From: Bdellovibrio sp.
Lineage (GTDB): Bacteria > Bdellovibrionota > Bdellovibrionia > Bdellovibrionales > Bdellovibrionaceae
DNA length: 64,000 nucleotides
Direction: 5' to 3'
NCBI GenBank assembly: GCA_036677065.1
Contig: JAKFBS010000002.1
Coordinates: forward strand, 1 to 64,000
Shown: one piece after another, positions 56,061 through 64,000 of the stretch
Numbering within the stretch: the first letter of the stretch is position 1
Layout of the letters: each line of letters starts with the position of its first letter
Notes under the pieces: generated by a model
Database searches by the model: none
Seen by the model: the letters and a program-made list of their open reading frames with translations, nothing else
Told to the model about the DNA's origin: nothing
Translations under genes and position numbers: made by a program

Positions 56061-57336
56061 AGGTTTTTCTAAACTGAATTATACCGAGCGTTTACAGGCT
56101 TTGAAAAAGGCTAGTGTATTAAACGCCGATGAGATTTCTTATTTAGCCAACGGTGGCTTACAAACTATCGATCTTGGTGAAAAGTTTATTGAAAATGTTT
56201 TAGGTTATTTTCAAATCCCAATGGGAGTTGCTACAAATTTTAATGTCGACGGAAAAGACTTTCTTATTCCGATGGCGGTTGAAGAAACATCAATCGTAGC
56301 AGCTGCCAGCAAAACGGCTAAATGGGTGCGCGAGCACGGCACGATCACAACTGAAGTGATTGGTAATCAAATTATCGGCCAGATTCAGTTTGCTAAACTT
56401 AAAAACCCTGAAGATTTTAAAAAACAAATCTTGCAGCAAAAAACTTATTTAATTGATCTGGCAAATCGCGAAGTCGCTTTTGGTTTAGTTAATCGTGGCG
56501 GCGGAGTTAATGATTTAACAGTTCGTATTATTGACCGTGAAGATGGTCATGCGGCTGGCTCAAGCTATATGGGTGTGGTGCATATCTTAATGGATCCGTG
56601 TGATGCCATGGGTGCAAATATCATCAATCAAGTTTGCGAGTATTTAAAACAGCCTCTAGAACAATTTACTTCTGAAAAAGTAACGATGTGTATTTTATCT
56701 AACTTAGTTGATACGAAATTAACTAAGGCGACAGTACGCATGAATCATGTTGATCCTGAATTAGCCCTTAAAATCGAAGAAGCTTCGCGCTTTGCAGAGC
56801 TTGATCCTTATCGTGCAGCTACAAACAATAAAGGCGTATTGAACGGCATTGACCCGATCTTAATCGCCACAGGTAATGACTGGAGAGCCGTCGAAGCGGG
56901 TATTCATGCTTTCGCAGCTCGTGAAGGCCGTTACAAATCAATCACGAAATGGAGAGCCGCTGGCACTGAATTAGTGGGTGAATTTATTGCGCCATTAGTG
57001 GTTGGAACTGTAGGTGGTGTAACAGCCCTTCACCCAACAGCTAAAATTGGATTGAAAATCTTAAATGTAAATTCAGCTTCTGAGTTATCTCGTATTATAG
57101 CCTCTGTAGGTTTAGTGCAAAACTTGGGTGCACTTCGTGCTCTGACCACTGTTGGAATCATCGAAGGTCACATGAAATTACACATTAAGAATTTATCTTT
57201 AGGTGCAGGCGCAACCGATACCGAAATGCCTTTTGTTGTTAAAAAATTAGAAGAGATTCTTGCTTTAAGAAAACGAATTTCTTTGGCTAATGCCGTAGAA
57301 GTTTTAAATGACATCAGAAAAAAATCTCAAATTTAG
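56041..57336 (+). CDS. mvaA: Class II HMG-CoA reductase
   Basis: ENVLG, PMAVEETSIVAAAS, DAMGAN, RAATNNKG, GNDWRAVEAG and GHMKLH motifs. Confidence 0.95.
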   Translation: MLTELFKGFSKLNYTERLQALKKASVLNADEISYLANGGLQTIDLGEKFIENVLGYFQIPMGVATNFNVDGKDFLIPMAVEETSIVAAASKTAKWVREHGTITTEVIGNQIIGQIQFAKLKNPEDFKKQILQQKTYLIDLANREVAFGLVNRGGGVNDLTVRIIDREDGHAAGSSYMGVVHILMDPCDAMGANIINQVCEYLKQPLEQFTSEKVTMCILSNLVDTKLTKATVRMNHVDPELALKIEEASRFAELDPYRAATNNKGVLNGIDPILIATGNDWRAVEAGIHAFAAREGRYKSITKWRAAGTELVGEFIAPLVVGTVGGVTALHPTAKIGLKILNVNSASELSRIIASVGLVQNLGALRALTTVGIIEGHMKLHIKNLSLGAGATDTEMPFVVKKLEEILALRKRISLANAVEVLNDIRKKSQI

Positions 57337-58177
57337 TGTTCCAGGAAAAACTTTTTTAGTCGGCGAGTACGCAGTACTTGCCGGTGGATCTTGTCTAGGT
57401 CTTGGAACAAACCCAAGCTTTTCAATCGTGCCTAATGCCAACGGCAATCCTTTTCATTCAGAGAGTCCAGCAGGACGTTACCTGCACAAAAAAAGCATCG
57501 AAAATTTTGCTCACGATTTTATAAACCCATATGGTGTGGGTGGTTTTGGCGCAAGCACGGCTGAATTTATTTTTAGTTATTATGCAAATCCCAATGCCGT
57601 CAAAAAACTTTCTGATATTTTTGAAAATTACTTGGGCTTGTATACTGATCACAACGAAAAACCAAGTGGCGCTGATCTGATCACACAGTTAATTGGTGGC
57701 GTTAGTCATGTTGATTTATCAACTTCTGAACCTAAGTTTGAAAAGTTAAGCTGGGATTTTAATGATCTAGAATTTTTACTTTTTTCGACGGGGTTAAAAG
57801 TTAAAACTCATGAGCATTTAGCAGGACTTGATCGTCGTATTTGTGCTGATCTAGTAAAGCCGAGCCATGATGTTATTGAAGCTTATAAAACTAACGATGG
57901 CCAAACTTTTACTCAAAGCTTATCCGCATGGAGCGATAAACTTGAGCATATGGGGTTAACAGCAAAACCCGTAGTTGAGCTTAAGCAGCTCTTGCAGCAG
58001 CAAATTCCAGGTATTTTAGTAAAGCCTTGTGGGGCCTTAGGCGCTGATGTGATTGCTATTCTGTGTTCAAAAACACGAAAAAAGCACGTTTTAGAGCAAA
58101 TTCAGTTGCTAAATATATCTGGGTTGAGTTTCAAGGCGGATTCATCGCATTTAACAAATGGTCCTTTGTCAATTTAG
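57308..58177 (+). CDS. GHMP kinase, probably phosphomevalonate kinase
   Basis: PGKTFLVGEYAVL, GFGASTA, PSGAD and KPCGALGAD motifs, plus operon context. Confidence 0.7.
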   Translation: MTSEKNLKFSVPGKTFLVGEYAVLAGGSCLGLGTNPSFSIVPNANGNPFHSESPAGRYLHKKSIENFAHDFINPYGVGGFGASTAEFIFSYYANPNAVKKLSDIFENYLGLYTDHNEKPSGADLITQLIGGVSHVDLSTSEPKFEKLSWDFNDLEFLLFSTGLKVKTHEHLAGLDRRICADLVKPSHDVIEAYKTNDGQTFTQSLSAWSDKLEHMGLTAKPVVELKQLLQQQIPGILVKPCGALGADVIAILCSKTRKKHVLEQIQLLNISGLSFKADSSHLTNGPLSI

Positions 58178-58203
58178 CGGCCTTTTGCTAGTATTTTTCT
58201 CTT

Positions 58204-59199
58204 ATGTCGAACACGCAAATTTCTTCGAATATTTGGTTTGAAGCCAGCGCGCCTTCTAATATTGCGCTGATCAAGTATATGGGTAAAACCGATACGGTAA
58301 ATAACCGTCCAACGAATTCGTCGTTATCTTGGACTTTAAATAATTTGCGCACGTTTGTTCGCATTAAGCAAAATAGCGAATTAACATCTGATCAATGGCA
58401 GCCCCTAAAACGTAATGATTTACTTCCGATTGAATTGTCAGAAAAAGGCCGTCAAAAATTTTTAGATTTTTTTGCTAAACTTAAAACTGAGTTTAAATTA
58501 ACTGGTTTTTTTGAAATTGAATCAGCTAATAATTTTCCGTCTGATTGTGGCCTGGCCAGTTCGGCCAGTAGTTTTGCGGCATTGACTCAAGTGGCGCATC
58601 AATATGCAGGCGCTAGATATTTACCAAAAGAGTTAGCCAGAATTTCTCAGCGAGGTTCTGGATCGTCATGCCGTTCATTTTTTTCGCCGTGGGCTTTATG
58701 GCATGAACAGGGTGCTGAAGAGATTCAGATGCCGATCAAAGAGCTCAAACACATGGTTATTTTGTGCGATGAAACTAAAAAATCAGTTTCTTCAAGCCAG
58801 GCCCATGTGCAGGTTTTAACTTCTGATTTATTTAAAGGCCGCCCAGAGCGCGCTGCTGATAGGTTACAAAAACTAATCACAGCTCTTCGTAAACCCGAAA
58901 CAGAATGGAAAAATATTTTTCAAATCTGCTGGAATGAATTCTGGGATATGCACACACTATTTCACACATCAGTGCCTGCGTTTATGTATTTAAACGGGGC
59001 TGGATTCGCAGCACTCTCAGAAATTTTAGAAATGTGGCAAAAAGACGGTGATGGGCCAATTGTTACCATGGATGCTGGTAGCAACATTCATTTATTATTT
59101 AGAACTAACCAGCCTGACAGTTATGCAAAATATTTAAATCATTTTAATACTCAGTTTAACCTTTGGACCGATGACGGTTATCAAAACCGTAAAGACTAA
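58204..59199 (+). CDS. mvaD: Diphosphomevalonate decarboxylase
   Basis: APSNIALIKYMGK, NNFP…GLASSASSFAAL, GSGSSCRS and TMDAGSNIH motifs. Confidence 0.93.
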   Translation: MSNTQISSNIWFEASAPSNIALIKYMGKTDTVNNRPTNSSLSWTLNNLRTFVRIKQNSELTSDQWQPLKRNDLLPIELSEKGRQKFLDFFAKLKTEFKLTGFFEIESANNFPSDCGLASSASSFAALTQVAHQYAGARYLPKELARISQRGSGSSCRSFFSPWALWHEQGAEEIQMPIKELKHMVILCDETKKSVSSSQAHVQVLTSDLFKGRPERAADRLQKLITALRKPETEWKNIFQICWNEFWDMHTLFHTSVPAFMYLNGAGFAALSEILEMWQKDGDGPIVTMDAGSNIHLLFRTNQPDSYAKYLNHFNTQFNLWTDDGYQNRKD

Positions 59200-59201
59200 T
59201 C

Positions 59202-60107
59202 ATGGCTGAAAGTTTTGAAACACTGAAATCAGATTGGTCAGTACAGGTTCCAGGTAAATGGATCTTGGCCGGTGAACACGCGGTCTTACGCGGAAGCCAA
59301 GCGATTGTATTTCCGTTAAAGTCTAGATTTTTAAGTTTAAGTTATTTCAATAAAGACTCAGAGTTTAAAATTTTAATTGCCGGCCTATGTGCTTCAGACC
59401 TAGAAATGATTATCTGGTCTGTCGTAGAGCGCGCCCTAGGTGAATTGCAGCTTAAACGCTCTGACCTTAAGGGTGAACTTAAAATCTATTCGCATATTCA
59501 GTTCGGTGCAGGCATGGGAGCTTCGGCGACTTTAGCTGTAGGGCTTACTTTGTTTTTTCAACATTTAGGTGTTTTAAAAGCTGATCCATTTTTATTTGCT
59601 AAAAAAATTGAAGATTTGTTTCACGGCGAAAGCAGTGGGGTGGATGTGGCTGTTGCGCTTCATCAAAAGCCAATGATTTTTGAAAAGAACAAAGAAAATA
59701 TCTTTTTTGATTTAAAAAAGCTTCCGCTACTTTATTTGTCGTACACCGGTCAGCGTGGAGTCACTAAAGACTGTGTTAACAAGGTCAAAGATCTTATCAT
59801 CGAAAAACCAGAACACGCTAATGCGGTTGATGAGCGTATGAAAAAAGTGGTGCAAGATTTTATTTCATCTCGTTTTGAATGGACTGAACAAGAATGGATC
59901 GAACATTTGAATTTAGCCCAGAGCTGTTTTGAAAGCTGGGATCTAGTGCCAGCGATCGTTGAACAGCATATGTTAAAATTAAAAAAAGCAGGAGCTCTTG
60001 CCTGCAAATTAACTGGCTCAGGTAGCGGTGGCTACGTTTTAAGTTTATGGAGTCATAAACCTACCGAGTCTGAATTGAACGCTGAACTTATCCCTGTGTT
60101 TTTATAA
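59202..60107 (+). CDS. mvk: Mevalonate kinase (GHMP family)
   Basis: PGKWILAGEHAVL, GAGMGASA, FHGESSGVD and KLTGSGSGG motifs. Confidence 0.85.
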   Translation: MAESFETLKSDWSVQVPGKWILAGEHAVLRGSQAIVFPLKSRFLSLSYFNKDSEFKILIAGLCASDLEMIIWSVVERALGELQLKRSDLKGELKIYSHIQFGAGMGASATLAVGLTLFFQHLGVLKADPFLFAKKIEDLFHGESSGVDVAVALHQKPMIFEKNKENIFFDLKKLPLLYLSYTGQRGVTKDCVNKVKDLIIEKPEHANAVDERMKKVVQDFISSRFEWTEQEWIEHLNLAQSCFESWDLVPAIVEQHMLKLKKAGALACKLTGSGSGGYVLSLWSHKPTESELNAELIPVFL

Positions 60108-60120
60108 TTGGATTTAAAAT

Positions 60121-60816
60121 ATGAAAAAATTAGTGATCATCCCGACCTATAACGAAATTGAAAATATCCAGGCTTTGCTTCCTGTGTTGATGAAGCTTGA
60201 GCAGAAATTTGACGTGCTTGTTGTTGATGACAGTTCTCCGGATGGCACAGCTAAATTTGTTGAACAGTTTGCCAAAACTGAACCGCGTGTAAATGTATTG
60301 GTTCGCGCTGCAAAGCAAGGTTTAGGTAAAGCTTATTTAGCGGGTTTTGATTGGGGCATGAAAAACAATTACGATGTTTTAACTGAAATGGATGCTGATT
60401 TTTCGCATGCGCCGAAGCACTTAAATGAAATTTTAGCTTTAATTGAACAGCACGATGTCGTGATCGGCTCTAGATACGTTGCCGGTGGTGGTACAGTTAA
60501 CTGGGGATTAATTCGTAAAATTATCTCGCGCGGCGGTAGTTTGTATTCGCGTTTGATTTTAGGCTACCCATTGCGCGATTGGACCGGCGGATTTAATTGC
60601 TGGCGTAAAGAAGTTCTGCATAAAATTAATCTGAGCAGTATTCAATCGAATGGTTATTCTTTTCAAATCGAATTAAAATATAAAGCTTTAAAAAATGGTT
60701 ATAAGATTCATGAAACGCCGATCATTTTCGAAGACCGTCGTGTAGGTCAAAGTAAAATGTCTTTAAAAATTGTGTTAGAAGCTTTTTATAAAGTTTGGCT
60801 TATTAAAGGTTACTAG
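60121..60816 (+). CDS. Polyprenol monophosphomannose synthase-like GT2
   Basis: IIPTYNE, VVDDSSPDGT, MDADFSH, GSRYV, GYSFQIE and F.DRRVGQSKMS motifs. Confidence 0.9.
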   Translation: MKKLVIIPTYNEIENIQALLPVLMKLEQKFDVLVVDDSSPDGTAKFVEQFAKTEPRVNVLVRAAKQGLGKAYLAGFDWGMKNNYDVLTEMDADFSHAPKHLNEILALIEQHDVVIGSRYVAGGGTVNWGLIRKIISRGGSLYSRLILGYPLRDWTGGFNCWRKEVLHKINLSSIQSNGYSFQIELKYKALKNGYKIHETPIIFEDRRVGQSKMSLKIVLEAFYKVWLIKGY

Positions 60817-61808
60817 TTTTTCTTAATAGAGCCCGCGACCACTTTGCGTGAAAGCTTGCGCACGATATTTCTGATCACACGCGCAATCCATAGACTGTCA
60901 CTTTTTCTTGTAAATTTATGCCCCCAATTTTTTGAATTGGGTAATAGCCAATAAAAGAATGGTAAAAACACGCGACGTGGAAACCAGCGTTTAAAATAAT
61001 AAAAAAATTCGGCATCAAAGCTTGCAGGCACCCACAAAGGTGGGCGTTCTGTGCGAATCACATTGTAAGTTAATTCTGCAATTGATTGTGGCGTTGAAAG
61101 GCTGCGATTTTTAAGGTTGGCTACAAAGGGAATCATACTTGTGTACATGTCTTCGTAGGGATGATCTTGCTTGCCGAGCTTTTCAGAGAATTTGATTCGT
61201 GAATGTTGGGCTGAGTGAATAAAACCCGGCTGCACCAAGGCTACATCAATCCCGAATGGGCGTAGTTCGTACCACAGTGATTCCATAGCGCCTTCAAGGG
61301 CGTACTTCGAAGCAGAATACGACGACATGGTCGGAAACGCTAATAGCCCACTCACAGAAGAGATATTAATGATTTTACCTTTCCCGTTCTTGCGCATTTT
61401 TGGCAGTAACATACGAATTAGGCTGACCGGGCCTAAATAATTTTTTTGCATGTGCAGCAAATCATCCTGGTCTTTAGTTTCTTCTAATGATGAACGATAA
61501 CAAATATCTGACGTGTTGATATAGATATCAACACGTCCCCAACGGGCAAAAATTTTTTCAACCGCATCAGTACGACTTTGTTCGTCGACGATATCTAATG
61601 GCATGACCCAAGTGTGTTCGTTTTCGGTAATTTGTGATGCGACATTTGTCAGATCGCGAGCAGTGATAACAACGCGATATTCAGGGTGAGAAGATAATAG
61701 TTTAGCTGTGGCAACTCCGACTTCGGAGCTACCGCCAGTCAGCAAAATTACTGGTTTGTAATCTTGCGTGGGTGAAGCAAACTTATACCAATAGATGTAT
61801 TTATACAT
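60813..61808 (-). CDS. SDR family oxidoreductase
   Basis: TGGSSEVG, INISS, YSASK and VQPG motifs. Confidence 0.85.
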   Translation of the reverse strand: MYKYIYWYKFASPTQDYKPVILLTGGSSEVGVATAKLLSSHPEYRVVITARDLTNVASQITENEHTWVMPLDIVDEQSRTDAVEKIFARWGRVDIYINTSDICYRSSLEETKDQDDLLHMQKNYLGPVSLIRMLLPKMRKNGKGKIINISSVSGLLAFPTMSSYSASKYALEGAMESLWYELRPFGIDVALVQPGFIHSAQHSRIKFSEKLGKQDHPYEDMYTSMIPFVANLKNRSLSTPQSIAELTYNVIRTERPPLWVPASFDAEFFYYFKRWFPRRVFLPFFYWLLPNSKNWGHKFTRKSDSLWIARVIRNIVRKLSRKVVAGSIKKN

Positions 61809-61835
61809 TCTAGAATAAGTTTACTCCCCTTAGAA

Positions 61836-62603
61836 CTATTGTCGATGTTTTTTAATTTCCCAAAAAGAAATCGCAGCTGATACGCTCGCATTTAATGACT
61901 CAATGCTGTGGGTCGGAATATTCACAAATTTCATTTTCTGTAATTGTTCCGATTCGAGACGAAGCCCAGGGCCTTCTTCTCCAAGCCATAGACGAAAATC
62001 CTTTGGCCATTTTTGAGTGGCAATATCTGCACCCTCTAGCTCGAGAGCATAGTTTTCGCCAGTGATTGGTAATTCATTTGTTTTTTGACCAGCTGTGAAA
62101 AATTCAGCTTTTAGCACAGCACCCGCACTTGCTTTGACCGAGTGCGGAAGAAAAGGATGACAGGCCTCTTGAGTCAAAATAATTTTGTTGATTCCAAAAC
62201 CTACCGCAGATCTAGCAAGTGCGCCAAGATTTCTCGGGTCACCAATGGGTAGAACAACTTCTATGCCTTCTGGTTTTTTCTTTAAATCAAGCGTTGGAAA
62301 ATCATCAGCTTCTAACACGAATAGCGGGTAGTGGGTGCCTAATACATCAAGCTCGTTAAAAAGCTCTTGGTTTAAAGTGATCGTGTTAAATGGAAATTTA
62401 GCCGAGTATTTATCAGAACAAACCACTAAATGAACTTTAAAGGCTTTATTTTTAGACTTCGTAAATTCTTTAATAAGTTTATCGCCCATTAAGAAAAACA
62501 ATTTATGTTCTTTAATGCCCTTGGCTGAGAGTAACAAACGCAGTTTTTTAAACAGCGGGTTATCTTTAGATGTAATAGTTTGTTCTTTGTTTTTCATGTT
62601 CAT
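61836..62603 (-). CDS. TrmH/SpoU family RNA methyltransferase
   Basis: ITSKDNP, DPRNLGALARSA, GEEGPGL and IP…ESLNASVS motifs. Confidence 0.9.
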   Translation of the reverse strand: MNMKNKEQTITSKDNPLFKKLRLLLSAKGIKEHKLFFLMGDKLIKEFTKSKNKAFKVHLVVCSDKYSAKFPFNTITLNQELFNELDVLGTHYPLFVLEADDFPTLDLKKKPEGIEVVLPIGDPRNLGALARSAVGFGINKIILTQEACHPFLPHSVKASAGAVLKAEFFTAGQKTNELPITGENYALELEGADIATQKWPKDFRLWLGEEGPGLRLESEQLQKMKFVNIPTHSIESLNASVSAAISFWEIKKHRQ

Positions 62604-62612
62604 CGCTGGTTC

Positions 62613-63428
62613 CTAGAATGAATCGTTCAGAAGAATGTCGTTATCTTCTTCTTCAGGAAGTGGAGCATTTTTAATTTTTTTGAAGATCACTAAACGTCTG
62701 TGATTTTCAGTTTTTGGAAGATCATAGGCGATATCCGCTTTGAGTTCGAAATATTCTGAAAACTCTTTTAAAGCCTTTTCGATCTCAGGATCAACGCCAG
62801 GACCTTTCATGAAATACACTTCGCCACCTTCTTGCAGGCAGCTCATGGTATTTCTTAGGGTATTAGAAATATCTTCTACGGCACGTGTGATTACGCCGTT
62901 CACAGGATAAACGAAGTGCTCGTTAATGTTACGTCCGATAATATCTAAGTTTTCTAATTTTAAATCTTCGCGCACTTCTTTTAAAAATTCGACGCGTTTT
63001 TGTACGCCTTCTCCTAAAAGAATTTTTTCTTTCGGGTATCTGATTTTTAAAGGGATTCCAGGAAAACCAGGACCAGTTCCGACATCGATCAGCGGAAATT
63101 TTAGTTCAGTTAGTTCAGTTAAAATTAAACAATCGATGAAATGTTTGATGGCCACATCTCTTAAGTTTAATAGACGGGTGAAGTTGCGGTTTTCTTGATT
63201 TTTCATCAGAAGTTCATAAAAACGGGCTAGTTTCATGCGCTCTTCGTGTGAACATTTGAAATCGTGGTTACGGAAAATATCCTGCATGCGATCGTTGGCT
63301 TCAGCGGCGGTAAAGATTTGATCCGGCTTTTTATGCTTACCCTTAAGGTCTTCGTGCGAAGTCTTGGTTAATTTTGATGCATTACGAGCCTTGTAAGGGC
63401 TGTAGTTTTCCTTATTTTTGTGCGCCAC
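62613..63428 (-). CDS. rsmG: 16S rRNA (guanine527-N7)-methyltransferase (GTG start, corrected from 63521)
   Basis: NFTR, KHFIDC, DVGTGPGFPGIPL, KRVEFL, TRAV and MKG motifs. AAGGA SD precedes the GTG at 63428. Confidence 0.9.
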   Translation of the reverse strand: MAHKNKENYSPYKARNASKLTKTSHEDLKGKHKKPDQIFTAAEANDRMQDIFRNHDFKCSHEERMKLARFYELLMKNQENRNFTRLLNLRDVAIKHFIDCLILTELTELKFPLIDVGTGPGFPGIPLKIRYPKEKILLGEGVQKRVEFLKEVREDLKLENLDIIGRNINEHFVYPVNGVITRAVEDISNTLRNTMSCLQEGGEVYFMKGPGVDPEIEKALKEFSEYFELKADIAYDLPKTENHRRLVIFKKIKNAPLPEEEDNDILLNDSF

Positions 63429-63506
63429 GATAATTCCTTTAAGGCATTGTTCATAGCACAGGGCTAAATGCTTGAAAAGACTTAAATTATTTAGAATAAT
63501 AACGAC

Positions 63507-64000
63507 ATGGTAAATCAGCATTTAATCGATATAAAACAAAAAGCCCTAAAAGATTTTCACTCAAGCCAGAACTCAAAAGAGCTGTATCAGTTTAAAGTTC
63601 AGTATTTGGGTAAAACCGGAGCCTTAACCGAAGCTATGAAATTAATGGCCACTCTTCCTAAAGAAGAAAAGCCCTTATTCGGAAAACAAGTCAATGAGGT
63701 TAAAGCTGAGCTAGAAACGGCCTACGCAGGCGTTGAAGCGACTTTGCAAAAAGCTGAAATCGAAGCGCAAATGCTGAATGAAAAGCTAGATTTAACCCTG
63801 TCGGTTACGACTCACGAAATGGGTCACGAGCATCCGATTTACAAAGTAACGCATGAGATTTTCTCTATTATGGCTCGCCTTGGGTATTCACTTCGTACCG
63901 GCGCTTTAATTGAAAAAGATTATTATAACTTTGAAGCTCTAAATATTCCGCCTGATCATCCCGCACGCGATATGCAAGATACATTTTTCGTGGATGAAAC
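63507..64000 (+). CDS. pheS: Phenylalanine--tRNA ligase alpha subunit (5' part only; runs off the window)
   Basis: Not in the ORF track. Manual translation gives [10 protein letters not shown]…QYLGKTG…[11 protein letters not shown]…GHEHPI…[22 protein letters not shown]. Confidence 0.95.
   Translation, partial: MVNQHLIDIKQKALKDFHSSQNSKELYQFKVQYLGKTGALTEAMKLMATLPKEEKPLFGKQVNEVKAELETAYAGVEATLQKAEIEAQMLNEKLDLTLSVTTHEMGHEHPIYKVTHEIFSIMARLGYSLRTGALIEKDYYNFEALNIPPDHPARDMQDTFFVDE

Noticed and set aside
4488..63198. Numerous 60-160 aa ORFs nested in or antisense to long genes (e.g. 9006-9398, 31319-31648, 51637-52113)
   Set aside because: They are fully overlapped by well-supported CDSs, with no motifs or translation signals, as expected for shadow ORFs from biased codon usage.

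Overview
AT-rich chromosomal window from what is most likely a predatory Bdellovibrionota (Bdellovibrio/Pseudobdellovibrio-like) bacterium. This is inferred from gene content: a DacB-type endopeptidase, many secreted proteases and lipoproteins, alternative complex III and a mevalonate pathway. The left half holds secreted hydrolases, envelope genes (waaA, GT9) and housekeeping genes. The centre holds cytochrome c biogenesis system II followed by a complete actABCDEF operon. The right half holds the thrS-infC-rpmI-rplT-pheS cluster, split by two insertions: a ~7.5 kb minus-strand block of secreted proteins, and a mevalonate operon with neighbours. The best candidate for an undescribed system is inside the first insertion: five co-oriented, signal-peptide-bearing genes encoding a CHAD protein, an unknown membrane-anchored protein, a VTC/CYTH protein, a Fam20/Four-jointed-like kinase and a PTP-fold protein with a degenerate P-loop. 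Three of them share a CxxLF motif just after the signal peptide. Other highlights are an unannotated, probably leaderless MLFITTTTTF peptide in front of thrS, a ~130-nt structured RNA candidate, a 40-bp dispersed repeat with a compensatory base change, an AUU-initiated infC and a structured rpmI leader. I saw no rRNA, tRNA, CRISPR array or transposase. All family calls come from motif recognition by eye, not database searches.
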